Origin: Rhina ancylostomus
Taxonomy: Eukaryota
Direction of reading: 5' to 3'
Assembly: GCA_030265395.1 (NCBI GenBank)
Contig: JARFYF010000007.1
Location: forward strand, 25,992,913 to 26,056,912
Length of the DNA: 64,000 bases
The number at the start of each line of letters is the position of its first letter. Within the stretch, counting starts at the first letter, position 1. This document shows, piece by piece, positions 53,030-64,000 of this stretch. The notes under the pieces are model-generated. The model was not told where the DNA came from. It saw only the letters and a list, made by a program, of their open reading frames with translations, and did not search any database. Both the position numbers and the translations under genes were made by a program.

Positions 53030-53940
53030 CAGGTATGACTCCAACCTTAAGCATTTTCCCTCTTATGCCTACTGACTTCAGTTTCACCAGGGCTTTTTAA
53101 TGCCACACTCTGTCATTATAATGTCATATCATTATAATGTAAAAGTTGCTACTCATCTTTAGAATTTAACCCATTTGGTCCTTGTGAAACCCAAACTGAG
53201 CACCAGTAAGTAGGTTATTAGTACATGCTGCTTCACAGCACTGTTGACAACTTCCATCACTGTGTAGTAATTATCCAGGTTGGGTTAATCTTGCCATTTA
53301 TAGGCAGGATATACCTGGGCCACACTCCACATTGTTGAATAAATGTCAGTGCCGTTTGGCTCAAAGCTTAGCCAGTCTAGTGTTCAGGTTTTCAATGTAA
53401 GAGCCAGATTTGTCTGCTGTCATAATATTTGTTATATCAAGTACTCTTAGTTGCTTCTTTGTAACATGTGGAGTAAATTGAACTGGTTGCAGACTGGCTT
53501 CTGTGGAGGTGGATCTGAGACTGATCATCATTTTGGGTTGAAGATAGATGTGAATACTTTCTTTTGTACTCAAATTCTGTACTCCAGCATCTTTGAAGTT
53601 GGGAATATTCATGGAGCTTCCTCTTCCCATTAACCACCATATGCAGGTAGACACAGAACTTTGATCCAATCTGTTGGATCTACTGCATGCTGATTTTTCT
53701 ATTTCACAAGCATGTGGTTTGATTCCTACTTTATCAGGCTGGCATATCAACAGGTATACTCACTGTTGCACCCAATATGCCCTTCCACACTCTGAACCAT
53801 GTTTGGTCCTATAGTGTGATAACAGTAGAATGAGGGATATGCCACATCACAAATTACAAAGTGTGGTGGAATACAATCTTGCTGCCGATAGCTCACATTG
53901 CTATGGCTACCCAGATACAAGATGCCACATCTGTTAGAAA
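53030..53940 (-). mobile_element. Decayed non-LTR retrotransposon RT region (same family as 59470-60860)
   Basis: LLTGAQFGF-like motif (gaaacccaaactgagcaccagtaag) shared with 60405-60430. Confidence 0.55.
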
Positions 53941-54351
53941 TAAAACTAAATCATCTTCAAGTCAATTAATGAAACTAGCGAAATGATAATATACTGAGGC
54001 TATATAATAACTTTAGAAATGTTGATTAATTGTAGATTATGGCACTTTTCAGATCAGTCTTTGTATTGGTGGAGGTACTAGCCTCCCATTATCCACTACT
54101 TTTATGGAACTTGAATTTAGTAATAATGATGGAAGACTCAAGTTCTCATCAGCCACAAATGAAGCTACTTAATTTTTTTTAAATTAGGTCAGTATCATAT
54201 TTAAGCATGTGGAGAAAAAAAAAACATGATGAATAGAACATGGATCATTTAACAGTAACATTGAGTAAAATGGTAATTGAAATTAGGTAAAAGTCCCTAA
54301 AGAAAAGGACATTGAACAGAGGTCCATTTTGTTTCACAACATCAGTGAAAG

Positions 54352-54547
54352 TATGGCGACTTACCTTTCATGAACCGGCTCCAAGGATCGCGAGCGTCGT
54401 TGGAGGCACCAACACAAGATGGCGCGGGGCATTCCTTCTTTGTTGGGCTAGAGGAGCCTGCACGCGGGATGGTCACGTGACCTGCACGTGACGTCAGCGC
54501 GGGAACTGTGTTTATTAAAGGGGCAGCGCACCCCAGTCGTTCATTCG
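54352..54547 (+). mobile_element. LTR copy of the same Gypsy family (3' end lost in N gap)
   Basis: Aligns with 36315-36510: gcgacttacc...caagatggcg...gtcacgtg...tgacgtcagcgcgggaactgtg...tattaaaggggcag. Confidence 0.9.
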
Positions 54548-55464
54548 NNNNNNNNNNNNNNNNNNNNNNNNNNNNNNNNNNNNNNNNNNNNNNNNNNNNN
54601 NNNNNNNNNNNNNNNNNNNNNNNNNNNNNNNNNNNNNNNNNNNNNNNTAAAGTGAGTAGAGTGAATTTGGCTTGAACTGGAATAAGTGGGATGTGTTAAA
54701 TTACATTTTTTGAGAATCTAACTATTGAAGGCCGAACAGAGTTTAAATTTTTAGACAGTTTAACATACCTCGGTGGACTGGTTTGGCTGATGGTGGAGTA
54801 ATAAAGTTTTTGATTGGCTAATTGATGGCCAATGACTATAACAAGATTAATCAGATCGTGCAAGCCAGACTTGCAGAGAGCCAATGCAGTGAGAAGGCAG
54901 CTGAAAAAGAACCCTGAGGGAGTTGGCCCAAAGTAGGATTTGACATTAGGTGATAACTAGCTTTAAAGTATTTTCAACTGCTTATGTTTTTTCAGTTTAT
55001 TTGGTACACCAGCAAAAACGAAGTTAAATGTTGGATAGAATTTGCTTTTGGATACCATATCCTCTCGTTGCTAACACTTGACTCTGAGGTAAAACTGGTG
55101 TTTGGTAAATGGAAAATGAAAGAAACAGATCTGTTGCAATAGCTGTTGATCCATTTTATGCATTGAGTAATTTTCTGCTGGAGGATCTGATGGCTGCTGG
55201 AAAGTCATTATCTTTTCAACAGTTGACTGATATTCTGGTCATTTCATTAAGCATGCACAGAATTTCCCAGTATTTGTGAATGAAGAACACTTTGTAAGAT
55301 AGTTGAAGGTTTAACTGTGCATGAAAATTAATTTAAAGAGCCCAGAATAAGCATACAGTTAACAGTAATTTAGCCACTTCTGTGGATTCTTTTTTGCTTT
55401 CGATTTGTTCTTCAGAAAGTCTTCTGGCACAACAGTTTTTATTATATTTTGACAAAGACAAAAA

Positions 55465-55660
55465 TGGATTAAGTGTTCATGGAATGGAAATTCAGTTTCA
55501 ATCCTGGTGAAGAATGGTGTCAAGCAAGGGACAATAATCACTTCACCCTTTTCACAAGGTTTTCACTGGAGTAGAACTAATACAGAGGGTAAATGGGAAA
55601 CTACTCAACCTATGTCATCTCCACTCAAGAACCAAGGTTACTCCAGTCTCAGTCACTGTT
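55465..55660 (+). mobile_element. RTE-type RT fragment
   Basis: VKNGVKQGTIITSP (GVKQGC motif). Confidence 0.55.
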
Positions 55661-55689
55661 TTCCATATCTCAGAAGCCACATCCCGACC

Positions 55690-55920
55690 AACAGACCTGA
55701 AGGAGCCTGAAGACCCACACTCAACATTTCAGGAACAGCTTCTTCCCCTCTGCCATCAGATTTCTGAACAGTCCATGAACCCATGGACACGACCTCATTA
55801 TTCCTCTTTTGCACTATTTATTTAATTTTGTAACTATGTCTGTATGTCTTGCACTGGACTGCTGCTGCAAAACAGCAAATTTCATGACATATATCAGTGA
55901 TAATAAACCAGATTCTGATT
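55690..55920 (+). mobile_element. Rex-Babar-type LINE 3' end
   Basis: LKTHTQHFRNSFFPSAIRFLN followed by 3'UTR with aataaa and a (gattct)n tail. Confidence 0.7.
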
Positions 55921-57074
55921 AAATAGAGGAATTGCAGTGTAACTGCATCTTAGGCCTCCTCGCTGTGCATAAGAACAGGGTGGTAACTGAATACTCTCCC
56001 AGTGTGGATCTACTCTGTGAGTCTCATTGGTAATGCTGCGTTCCTTTTCATTTCCTCAAGACATGTTTGTCTTTCACAGATGAATTAGTAGAAAATACAA
56101 TTAAAAAATTCTTTAATTTCTATGTAAACTTATCTATTAACATTAGATCTACATTTAAACAACTGTGTTGTATTAGATGTGATTCTAACATTCCTGTGGC
56201 TTGTGCACAGCTAATGAGTCCAGTCCAGCCAAGGAACACACCAGCTTCTGGCAGCAGCCATTGGTTTTGCTCTGGAGGGTACGAGTCAACATCACCTCTT
56301 TTGCCTGCCAATTAGGGTTCGAGCCCGGATGGTAAAGATTAAGTTGCTGGAACCTGCTGCAATCAACGCAGGATAACACACATGAGGGCACTTCAAGGAA
56401 TGTATTTTTAAATGTTTTTTTAACACTTTGGCTCATCTGTTAGAAAAATATTGGAGATGGGGCTCTTTAACTAGGCTGGGTGGTTGAAGCTGACTAATAA
56501 AAGCTGCAGAAATATGCCCTAGGGTAGCATCCTGAACTCCACATTGATATTGACTGGATTTGGGTCTTTCTTATTTTTCCACAGGCAAAAACAAAGTGGT
56601 AAATTAAATAAAGTAAGGTAGAAGTTGCACATTTTTCCATTGAGCTAAGTCAGACCATTGGAACTGGAGGACAGAAGGTTAAAGATTTGGGGCAAGGATA
56701 ATTTTCTTCCCAAGGGAATTTGTGGACGATATTGATAAGAAGATTTTCCTGTTTATTATACATGGAGTGTGCTCGATGTCTTATTTTGATACCTTGGAAG
56801 TTTTTGGGTTTCCTGAAATGGTTGTAATTAGGCCCAGTGTTAAAGAGAAAAAGGAAAAATGTCGATGTCCCTTTCACACTTTCTTCTCAGCTCATCTGTA
56901 ACCACAGTCAGAAGCCAGGTGAGTGCAACTGTCACACAGGAAGTGCAAAATTCTGATGTAGAACAGAAGAGTAAATAGAAGCAAAAAATAACTGGATTGG
57001 ATTGCTTTGGATTACAAGCTTATTAGGGTAAACAAATAAAAAAGGGAATGCCTTTTAACCATAATTTGTTCCTC

Positions 57075-57365
57075 CTTCTTCTTGGGCAGTCTATTAGGGT
57101 TGAGGAAGACTTGCTTTAGTTCCAGTCCTGCAGTGGTTGATGAGACCAAGTGGGATCCACAAACAATGCCACAGGTGGAACAGTCAAAGCTCAATGGGCC
57201 AAATGAGAGGGTCATTTGGATCATTGTGTGCCCCTTCTGCACTTTGAGCTTTAGCCTCTACATTCCCCCATTGGACAGACTAAAAGTGCTGGTTCCTTCC
57301 CAACTTCTTCTCCTCCAATTTGAGTGGCCACTGGGTCAGGGATTCTCTTGAGTCAATGGGGATAG
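57075..57365 (-). mobile_element. Second RTE-like 3' fragment
   Basis: cttgggcagtctattaggg...gacttgctt and tgagtggcca...gagtca resemble 48842-49120. Confidence 0.55.
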
Positions 57366-57611
57366 TGTGGTGACTTACCTTTCACAAACTGGCTCCCACG
57401 ATCGCGAGCGTCGTCGGAGGCCCCGACACAAGAGGGCACTCCTTCTTTGTTGGGCTAGTGGAGCCTGCGCACAGGAAGGTCATGTGACCTGCACATGACA
57501 TCAGCATGGGAACTGTGTTTATTAAAGGGGCAGCGCACCCCAGTCATTCCTTCGACTCTTGGACTCCAAAAAAGTGTCTCGTGTCTTTATTCAGTGTAGC
57601 TAGCCGCTACA
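57366..57611 (+). mobile_element. Complete LTR copy (probable solo LTR) of the same Gypsy family
   Basis: TGTGG...GCTACA, colinear with the other LTRs; flanks ATAG/AAAG. Confidence 0.9.
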
Positions 57612-59469
57612 AAAGGTGTTTTACAGCAATTCCTTCTGAAACCAAAAATGGAGGAAAATAGAAACCTGAAATGGATAAATTAATTTTTCCTAACCTATTA
57701 TATTTTCTGTTAAACATAGGGAATTCTATCACCTTCAAAGGCAAAAAATTGAAAATTTCCTGGAGGAAACATGCCTCCTCAGAACACCCGAATGTAACCT
57801 GATACTCTTCTAAAGCTGTCATTGGGCCACTGGCTAAGTCATTTGGAAGCAGCCTACGCTTAAAAGATCTCCAGTCTAGATCAAAAAGGGATTTAATGAG
57901 AACAACAATTCAACTAAGACAATGTCAATTTAAATGAACAAAATCCAAAAGTAAAACATGTACTACAGAGAAGTCACTTGCAAAAAAACCCCCACAAATA
58001 ATGTATACTGGCATATTTCAACAAAATTCTGCAAAAGAATACATTTTGACTGAAATATCTAAATTCATAAACAGTTTTCTGTTCTATAAGATTGAAGTGG
58101 AAAAGGAAGTTGTTGTACTAATTATCTGGTTTACAATGAAACTTTCATATTCCACAAAACTGGATAAAACTAGACCATTCTGGGCCATAGTCTTGATCCC
58201 AATTATTTTCTTTGTCTGACTCCTGTGCATGAGGGTAAAGAGAGAATACAGTGGCCCTGATGGTTCAGGAAGATTTTCCAGTGCGTACCTAAGCCAGTCA
58301 ATCCAAGAAGGTCCCAGATTCAATCCGTAGTCTGTGCAGTGAAAGTGGATTGCAGCCAGCATTGCGAAAGTGATGCTATAAATAGGCCTCAGCTCCAGCT
58401 TCTTATTATTGATCCTCCCATGATCAGATAGTCTGTCAACATTCATTCAAGGTTCACACATGTATATTGGCCACCTGGGTGGGGTGCTGGAAGAACCACA
58501 CCCCTACAAGTCAACTCCTTCAGGAGAAGAAAGGAGAAAAGTGACAGGAAAAAGAAAAACAAATATGGAAGGCTTTCTACTTCTCTGGTGTTGAACCAGA
58601 AAATTTCCACTGTAAATATCACCAATAGGTCTAACTGAAGATGAAATGCAACAAAAATCTTCTCAGTCATGCTCAAATCACATACATGTTAAAACAGGAA
58701 ATCAAACAGAATCACTTTTAAAGTACTCTCCACGGAATTTAGCAAAGCACACAAATCTCTTCCATTCAAAAGAGACAACGAAGATTACTTTACAGTAAAA
58801 ATGCATCTTGTGCAGAGCCAGTATACATGGTCTTCCAACTGGAAAATACACAGAAGGACTTATCTGGAGATCCAGTGATTTGCTGGAAGCTTACAGAAAA
58901 AAAAACTTTCTCATGTTGTTTGAAACTCAAATGTATGAACATTCCAATTTCTTTCAATTTTTGAGATGTTCAGTCAGAGGTTTTAGAGCCATCAAGGCCA
59001 GATGAATCAGGCTTATTACAACATATTCTGAATTTGTCCTCTTGGAGAGATGTTATCATTCCAGCAGACTGCTAATTTTTCTTCATTCTCCTTCAACAGC
59101 ATTTTTGAGATAGCAAAACATCTAAAAGAAGTGTATTCAGACTTAAGTAATTTTTGCAAAAGGAGAGAGGTTGACCAAAAGATTGATCAAAGAAAGATTT
59201 TGAGTGCCTTAAACAAGGAGCATTGGAAAGGTTTTAGATGCTGGGGAGGGGCTGAATTCCTGAGCTGGGGCCCAAATAGCTGAAGACACAAGCCACTAGA
59301 AGTGGGGAAAAGAAAATTAGGATTACTCAAGTTAATTGGAGAAATGCAGGATTTCTAAGATGGTTAATAGCATTGTAGGAAATTACAGAAATAGGAAGAA
59401 GCAAAGCCTATGAATAGAATACAAATTTTAAATTCAAACCCATTAACTCTTTGCAGAAGGGTCATACGC

Positions 59470-60860
59470 ACTGTTGGACAGGGACTTCCAGGATTAAACC
59501 CAGCAGAGGAGGAGGAGGACTGGTTTATTTCAAAGTCAGAATGGTGTGCAACTTCAAGGGGAATCTCCAGGTGTTGGTGCTTGTATGCACCTGAAACCCT
59601 TGCCCTTCTCGGTTATACAGCAACAGACTCGATACAAACTGCCAAAATAGCCTGTGCAAGTAACTGCAGTACATTTTGTAGAATGCGTACTCTACAGCCA
59701 CTGTGTGCTGTTGGTGGAGGGAATGCATATCTAGGAAGGCAGATGGTTCCTTGGAGTTTGCAATGCACTCATTCATGCTTGACTTGTGCTCTGTACTTGG
59801 TGGAAAGGCCTCAAGCAAGCAAGTCACTACTGCGGGATATCCAGCCTTTGACCTGCTCTTGCCACTATGGTTGTTAGNNNNNNNNNNNNNNNNNNNNNNN
59901 NNNNNNNNNNNNNNNNNNNNNNNNNNNNNNNNNNNNNNNNNNNNNNNNNNNNNNNNNNNNNNNNNNNNNNNNNNNNNNNNNNNNNNTTGAAGATGTTCAT
60001 TGTCTGGCATTTTTGTGGCACAAAATGTTCTGCCTAAATGTTGTCTAGGTCTTGCATGCAAAAAAATTTACAAATGGAATTGAACACTGTGTAATCATTA
60101 GCGAACATCCTCACTTGTGAGATCATTGATGAAGTAGGTAAAGAAGGCTGGGCCTTAAGATAGTGCCCTGAGAAACTTCTGCAGTGACATCCTGGGGCTG
60201 AAATGATTGATTTTTGAGAGGCAGGACTCCAACTATTTGAGTGTTTTCCCTTTGATGCCTATTACTTCAGTTTTATGAGGGAACCTTGATGCCACACTTG
60301 ACAACAAAGCAACATTTGACCAAGGCAGCCACCTTCAGCTCTCCCCTGTAATTGACCTCTTTGGTCCAAGGCTACAATGAAGGCTGGAGCCCAGTGGTTC
60401 TGGTGAAACCCAAACTGGGCACTGGTGAGTAATTGCCATTTGATAGTAGTGTTAATGATAATCATCACTTTGCAGATGGTTGAGAGTACAGTCACCAATC
60501 AGTAATTAGCCAGGCTGAATTTGTTCCATTTTCTTGTGAACGGGACATGCTAAAGCAACTTTTCATATTGTCAGGTAGGTGCCAATGTTGTAACTGTACT
60601 GGAACAATTCAAATGGAGGAACAGTGAGGTCTAGAGAGCAGGTCTTCAGGACTACAGATGGGGTGTTGTCTGGTCTTGTGGACTTTGTTGTATCCTATGC
60701 TCTCAGCTGTTTCTCGATACCATAGTAAGTGAACAGAAGTGGCCGAAGACTGGCTTCTCTGATAACAGGGAACTCTGGTGAAAACTAAGATGGATCATCT
60801 ATTGGACACTTCTGGTTGATCATAGTAGCAAATGTTTCAATCTTTTCTTCAGCACTCACA
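59470..60860 (-). mobile_element. Decayed non-LTR retrotransposon RT region
   Basis: LLTSAQFGFHQNHWAPAFIVAL and VWHQGSLIKL (QFGFR and FDxVWHxGL RT motifs); interrupted by an N gap. Confidence 0.7.
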
Positions 60861-61144
60861 TATTGGACTATACCATGAAAATTGGGGGTGTGCCTGGAGT
60901 ATTTTCCGACAACAGGCAGCTTCACAAACAAGTATGATTTGCCTTCAAATATTCAAAAATGCAAAATTTTAAACAAGAGTACCTGAGGATCAGGGTAGGC
61001 ACTCCCCACCCCACCACCATTTCTCTTACACCAACACTAGGAGATAAATAGATGAAAATAAAAGAATGACATGTTTACATTATGTCCATCTGTATAAACA
61101 GTTTTGTGAACAAAATTAGATCTCAAAATGAAAACAGCATGATT

Positions 61145-61315
61145 AAAAACAGAAAATGCAGAAAACAGTCTGGTCAGACAGCATCAGATGAAGTTCTAAT
61201 GGAGGGTCATCAACCTGAAACATCAATTCTGTTTCTCTTTGCATTGATGCTGCCTGACCTTCTGATTATTTCTAATATTTTTTTTAAACTTCAGATTTCC
61301 AGAAACTGCAGTCTT
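61145..61315. repeat. Penelope-derived short repeat with inverted ends and a decayed hammerhead core
   Basis: ggtcagacagcatc / gatgctgcctgacc inverted pair; ctaatggagggtcatcaacctgaaacatc. Confidence 0.55.
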
Positions 61316-61669
61316 TTTTTGAATGCTTACATTTGACACACTATTCTAGCCAAATTATCATACCATAAATGAGGAACCAACATACTTTACCCCAGCATTA
61401 GTTTCTAGATGCTTATCCCTGCCAAATGTAAATGCAAGGTTGAATAAGCACTGAATTTTTGATGTTTATTTAAATTAAGCTATCCAAATAGGTTCTTCCT
61501 AACTGGGGAATGTTGCATTCAGCTGTTAATGCAATAGCCAACATTTCTCAGCAACATTTTCTCCTTTCACACTGATACAGAAGTTTGTCATCTTTTATTT
61601 CAAAAATGAGTAAAGTTTACAAAGTACAGAAGAGCAGTTTCGATACCCAATGAATCACTGGAAGCTTAC

Positions 61670-61820
61670 CTGGGGCTAGGCCAGCTGCTGATGGACTGCC
61701 CAAGGATGGATGAGAGAATAAGGCTGGTGAAAAGGCAGACATGTTGGACTGGGACACAGAACTTAGCCTTGGGGTTGATCCTCCTTTTGGAATGAACTCA
61801 CTTGCAGCTGGATTTGGTGT
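61670..61820 (-). CDS. PAN3: PAN3 coding exon with PAM2 (PABPC MLLE-binding) motif; most 5' PAN3 exon in the window
   Basis: TAG/GTAAG boundaries; 151 nt; TPNPAASEFIPKGGSTPRLSSVSQSNMSAFSPALFSHPSLGSPSAAGLAP(G); in phase with the exon starting at 39877. Confidence 0.96.
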
Positions 61821-63044
61821 CTAGCAATAAAACAATATTCTATGCAATTATTCACATAAGAGTTATAAAGTTCACCATCTAGCACTAACCTAACATTCAA
61901 ATTTTACAGCATTGCAAATGCTTATAGCAAGAAAAAAAAATTTCAGAAAGGGAAAGTAAATTTAAAACAAGCCCTTTCACATAAACTCAATCAACAAGAG
62001 GTTCCACTCCTGTGCACACTTCAAAGTATCAAACATCTTTTAAAATAATAAATTGGATTATAGCAAAGAGTTTAAGCATCAAACTCATTGTTTTCTACTT
62101 ATAGCACATAATCAAGGCAAGAAAAGTCAAACGAAAAACAAAGATTCAAACTAAATGAAGACCAAGTCAAGAAGGTAAGAGAAACAGCAAAACTAGAGTA
62201 TTATATAATGAAAGTACTGTTTCACTTCATAACAGAAACCCAAGTATTCTGTTTACATGTGCAAGCACTGTAAACAAACAATTTCAATGAAGGGGAGCAA
62301 AAATGGACAAATATAAAAAGTTACAAATCTCTCTGGCTGCCTTGGTGATTAGTTAGCACCTAATATTTAGGTTTCATGTTCATTTTGTATGCTAATTGCT
62401 ATTTGTAATTTAAACCTGTGGTACTAAAATGAAGGGAACATTAAGATTGGTGCAGCCATATTGCTTTGAAAATCTTTTCTGTATTTTTGTAACATTCTAA
62501 ACACTAAATGAAAATCTCTCTCAATATATAATACTGTAATTACTAAAGGAAAATGATTTAGTTTATACAGGTTAAGGAAACATGACTGCTGGAGAGATAG
62601 AACATGAATTGCTACCTGGAGACATTCCTTAGTAGCCCAGGAAAAAAATTATGGAATTCTCTCTTAAACCTCCATGGGAAACTTGAATTTTGTTTATTCA
62701 TTCACCGTGCAAGTAAAAGTGACAGATAGAACAGTCTCTTCATAAACAAAATACAATTTTAAAATAGGTTTCAAGGATCAATATTATTAATCACATCACT
62801 TAAGTAATCAAAAATTTACTNNNNNNNNNNNNNNNNNNNCTATAGATTCCTTTACTAAGTGTCTTCCCTATTCCCAAACCAAATGGCAGTGAAATGTATT
62901 TAGGAAATCAACAGTCAGGTGCAATGACACTATTGAGCCCAGCTCTGCAAGTGCTCATCTTGTGTGAATGAATTTTGTGAAGGAAACAAGTGCAAGTCAA
63001 CTGAATGGTAAGGCAGGCACACATCAAGAACAAGCGATTTCACA

Positions 63045-63137
63045 AGCAAAAAAACAAGCTGCTGGAGGAACTCAGTGGGCAAGACAACATCTGTGGAGGG
63101 AAATGGACAGTTTTGGACCAAGACCCTTCGTCTGACT
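63045..63137 (-). repeat. Penelope-derived short repeat with a decayed hammerhead core
   Basis: tgctggaggaactcag motif; minus strand agtCAGACGAagggtcttggtccAAAAC. Confidence 0.55.
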
Positions 63138-63183
63138 TCCCAAGTTGTAATGTCAATCTCAAGTTTCAATTTCTATAATACAT

Positions 63184-63335
63184 GCTTGTTAAAGAATTGA
63201 GGAGCAGTTATGTAATGCAAGTGTTAACATCAAGCTTGTTAAAGAATTGGGGAGCAGTTATATAATGCAAGTGTTAACATCAAGCTTGTTAAAGAATTGG
63301 GGAGCAGTTATATAATGCAAGTGTTAACATCAAGC
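63184..63335. repeat. Minisatellite, 3 x 50 bp
   Basis: gcttgttaaagaattg(a/g)ggagcagttat(g/a)taatgcaagtgttaacatcaa repeated at 50-bp period; copies 2 and 3 are identical. Confidence 0.95.
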
Positions 63336-64000
63336 ATTCCTAAGCACATTATACCAAGAGACAGGAAGGAAAGAAATATAGTTTCTACTTTAGGAGTGTC
63401 AAACATATAACCACAGAACAGCTTTATCTAGCCCACAGGTTGTGAACAAAAGACCAATGGATTTGTAGAAACAGAGTTATTAAATAAAACAAGTCAATCA
63501 TTACATTCTTTAATTATTGTTCACAATCAATCATTGATACATTCAAAAAAGGTGTTCCTTAAATTTCTCACAGCAATTTCTTTTCTTAATGAAAGATGCA
63601 AGCAGTTATCAACATGAAACCAGCATTTTAATCATTGAATAACCTTGTCAGAAATTCATTAGGGTCAGGGCTAACCTGAATTCCTAAATTCATTCAGCAG
63701 CTTCATATTTGGCTAATTTAATGCAAACTAAAAAGAGGATCAATCTGAAGTTTCAACTCCTGGAAAAAATGGAAGAAAGTAAAAATACTGTAACTAACAA
63801 ACCGAAGTTCTAAAAATACTCAACTAAACAAAACTGTGCATAAGTGTGAATAAATAATGTTTCAAATTTGCTCCCTTCACATTGATTGTAGAAGTTTAAT
63901 TAGTACTTTGCTTGACCATGAAGCATGTGTGGCACAGTGCTTCCAATTACTCCTAGAAAGCTAACTGCCTATGGATGTTTCATTATATAAACTGAATCAA

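Noticed and set aside
63184-63335. Possible CRISPR-like array
   Set aside because: Contiguous tandem repeats without unique spacers, in a eukaryotic intron with no cas genes.

Overview
Eukaryotic (vertebrate) genomic DNA, AT-rich, with many N gaps. The repeat content (CR1/HER1-type LINEs, V-SINEs, Penelope, Rex-Babar, RTE) points to a cartilaginous fish (shark/ray); that is an inference. The window holds the 3' two-thirds of PAN3 (PAN2-PAN3 deadenylase subunit) on the minus strand. I read 13 coding exons by hand, from the PAM2-motif exon (61670-61820) to the stop codon (5098-5100). All have GT-AG boundaries and consistent phases, except one junction where an expected pseudokinase exon is absent and most likely lies in the N gap at 24843-25735. 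A repeat-poor ~2.9 kb 3'UTR probably ends near 2160. The introns are filled with decayed transposons: two long CR1-type LINEs with ORF1 esterase remnants, a ~2 kb internally deleted CsRn1-like Gypsy LTR element (tRNA-Trp PBS, CHCC-type Gag) plus two more copies of its LTR, V-SINEs, RTE and Rex-Babar fragments, a Tigger-like MITE, and many Penelope-derived repeats. The Penelope repeats carry degenerate minimal hammerhead ribozyme cores and often sit as inverted pairs. I cannot demonstrate an intact novel protein-coding system. The best candidates for follow-up are the hammerhead-bearing inverted repeats and the promoter/poly(A)-signal-bearing LTR family inside PAN3 introns.
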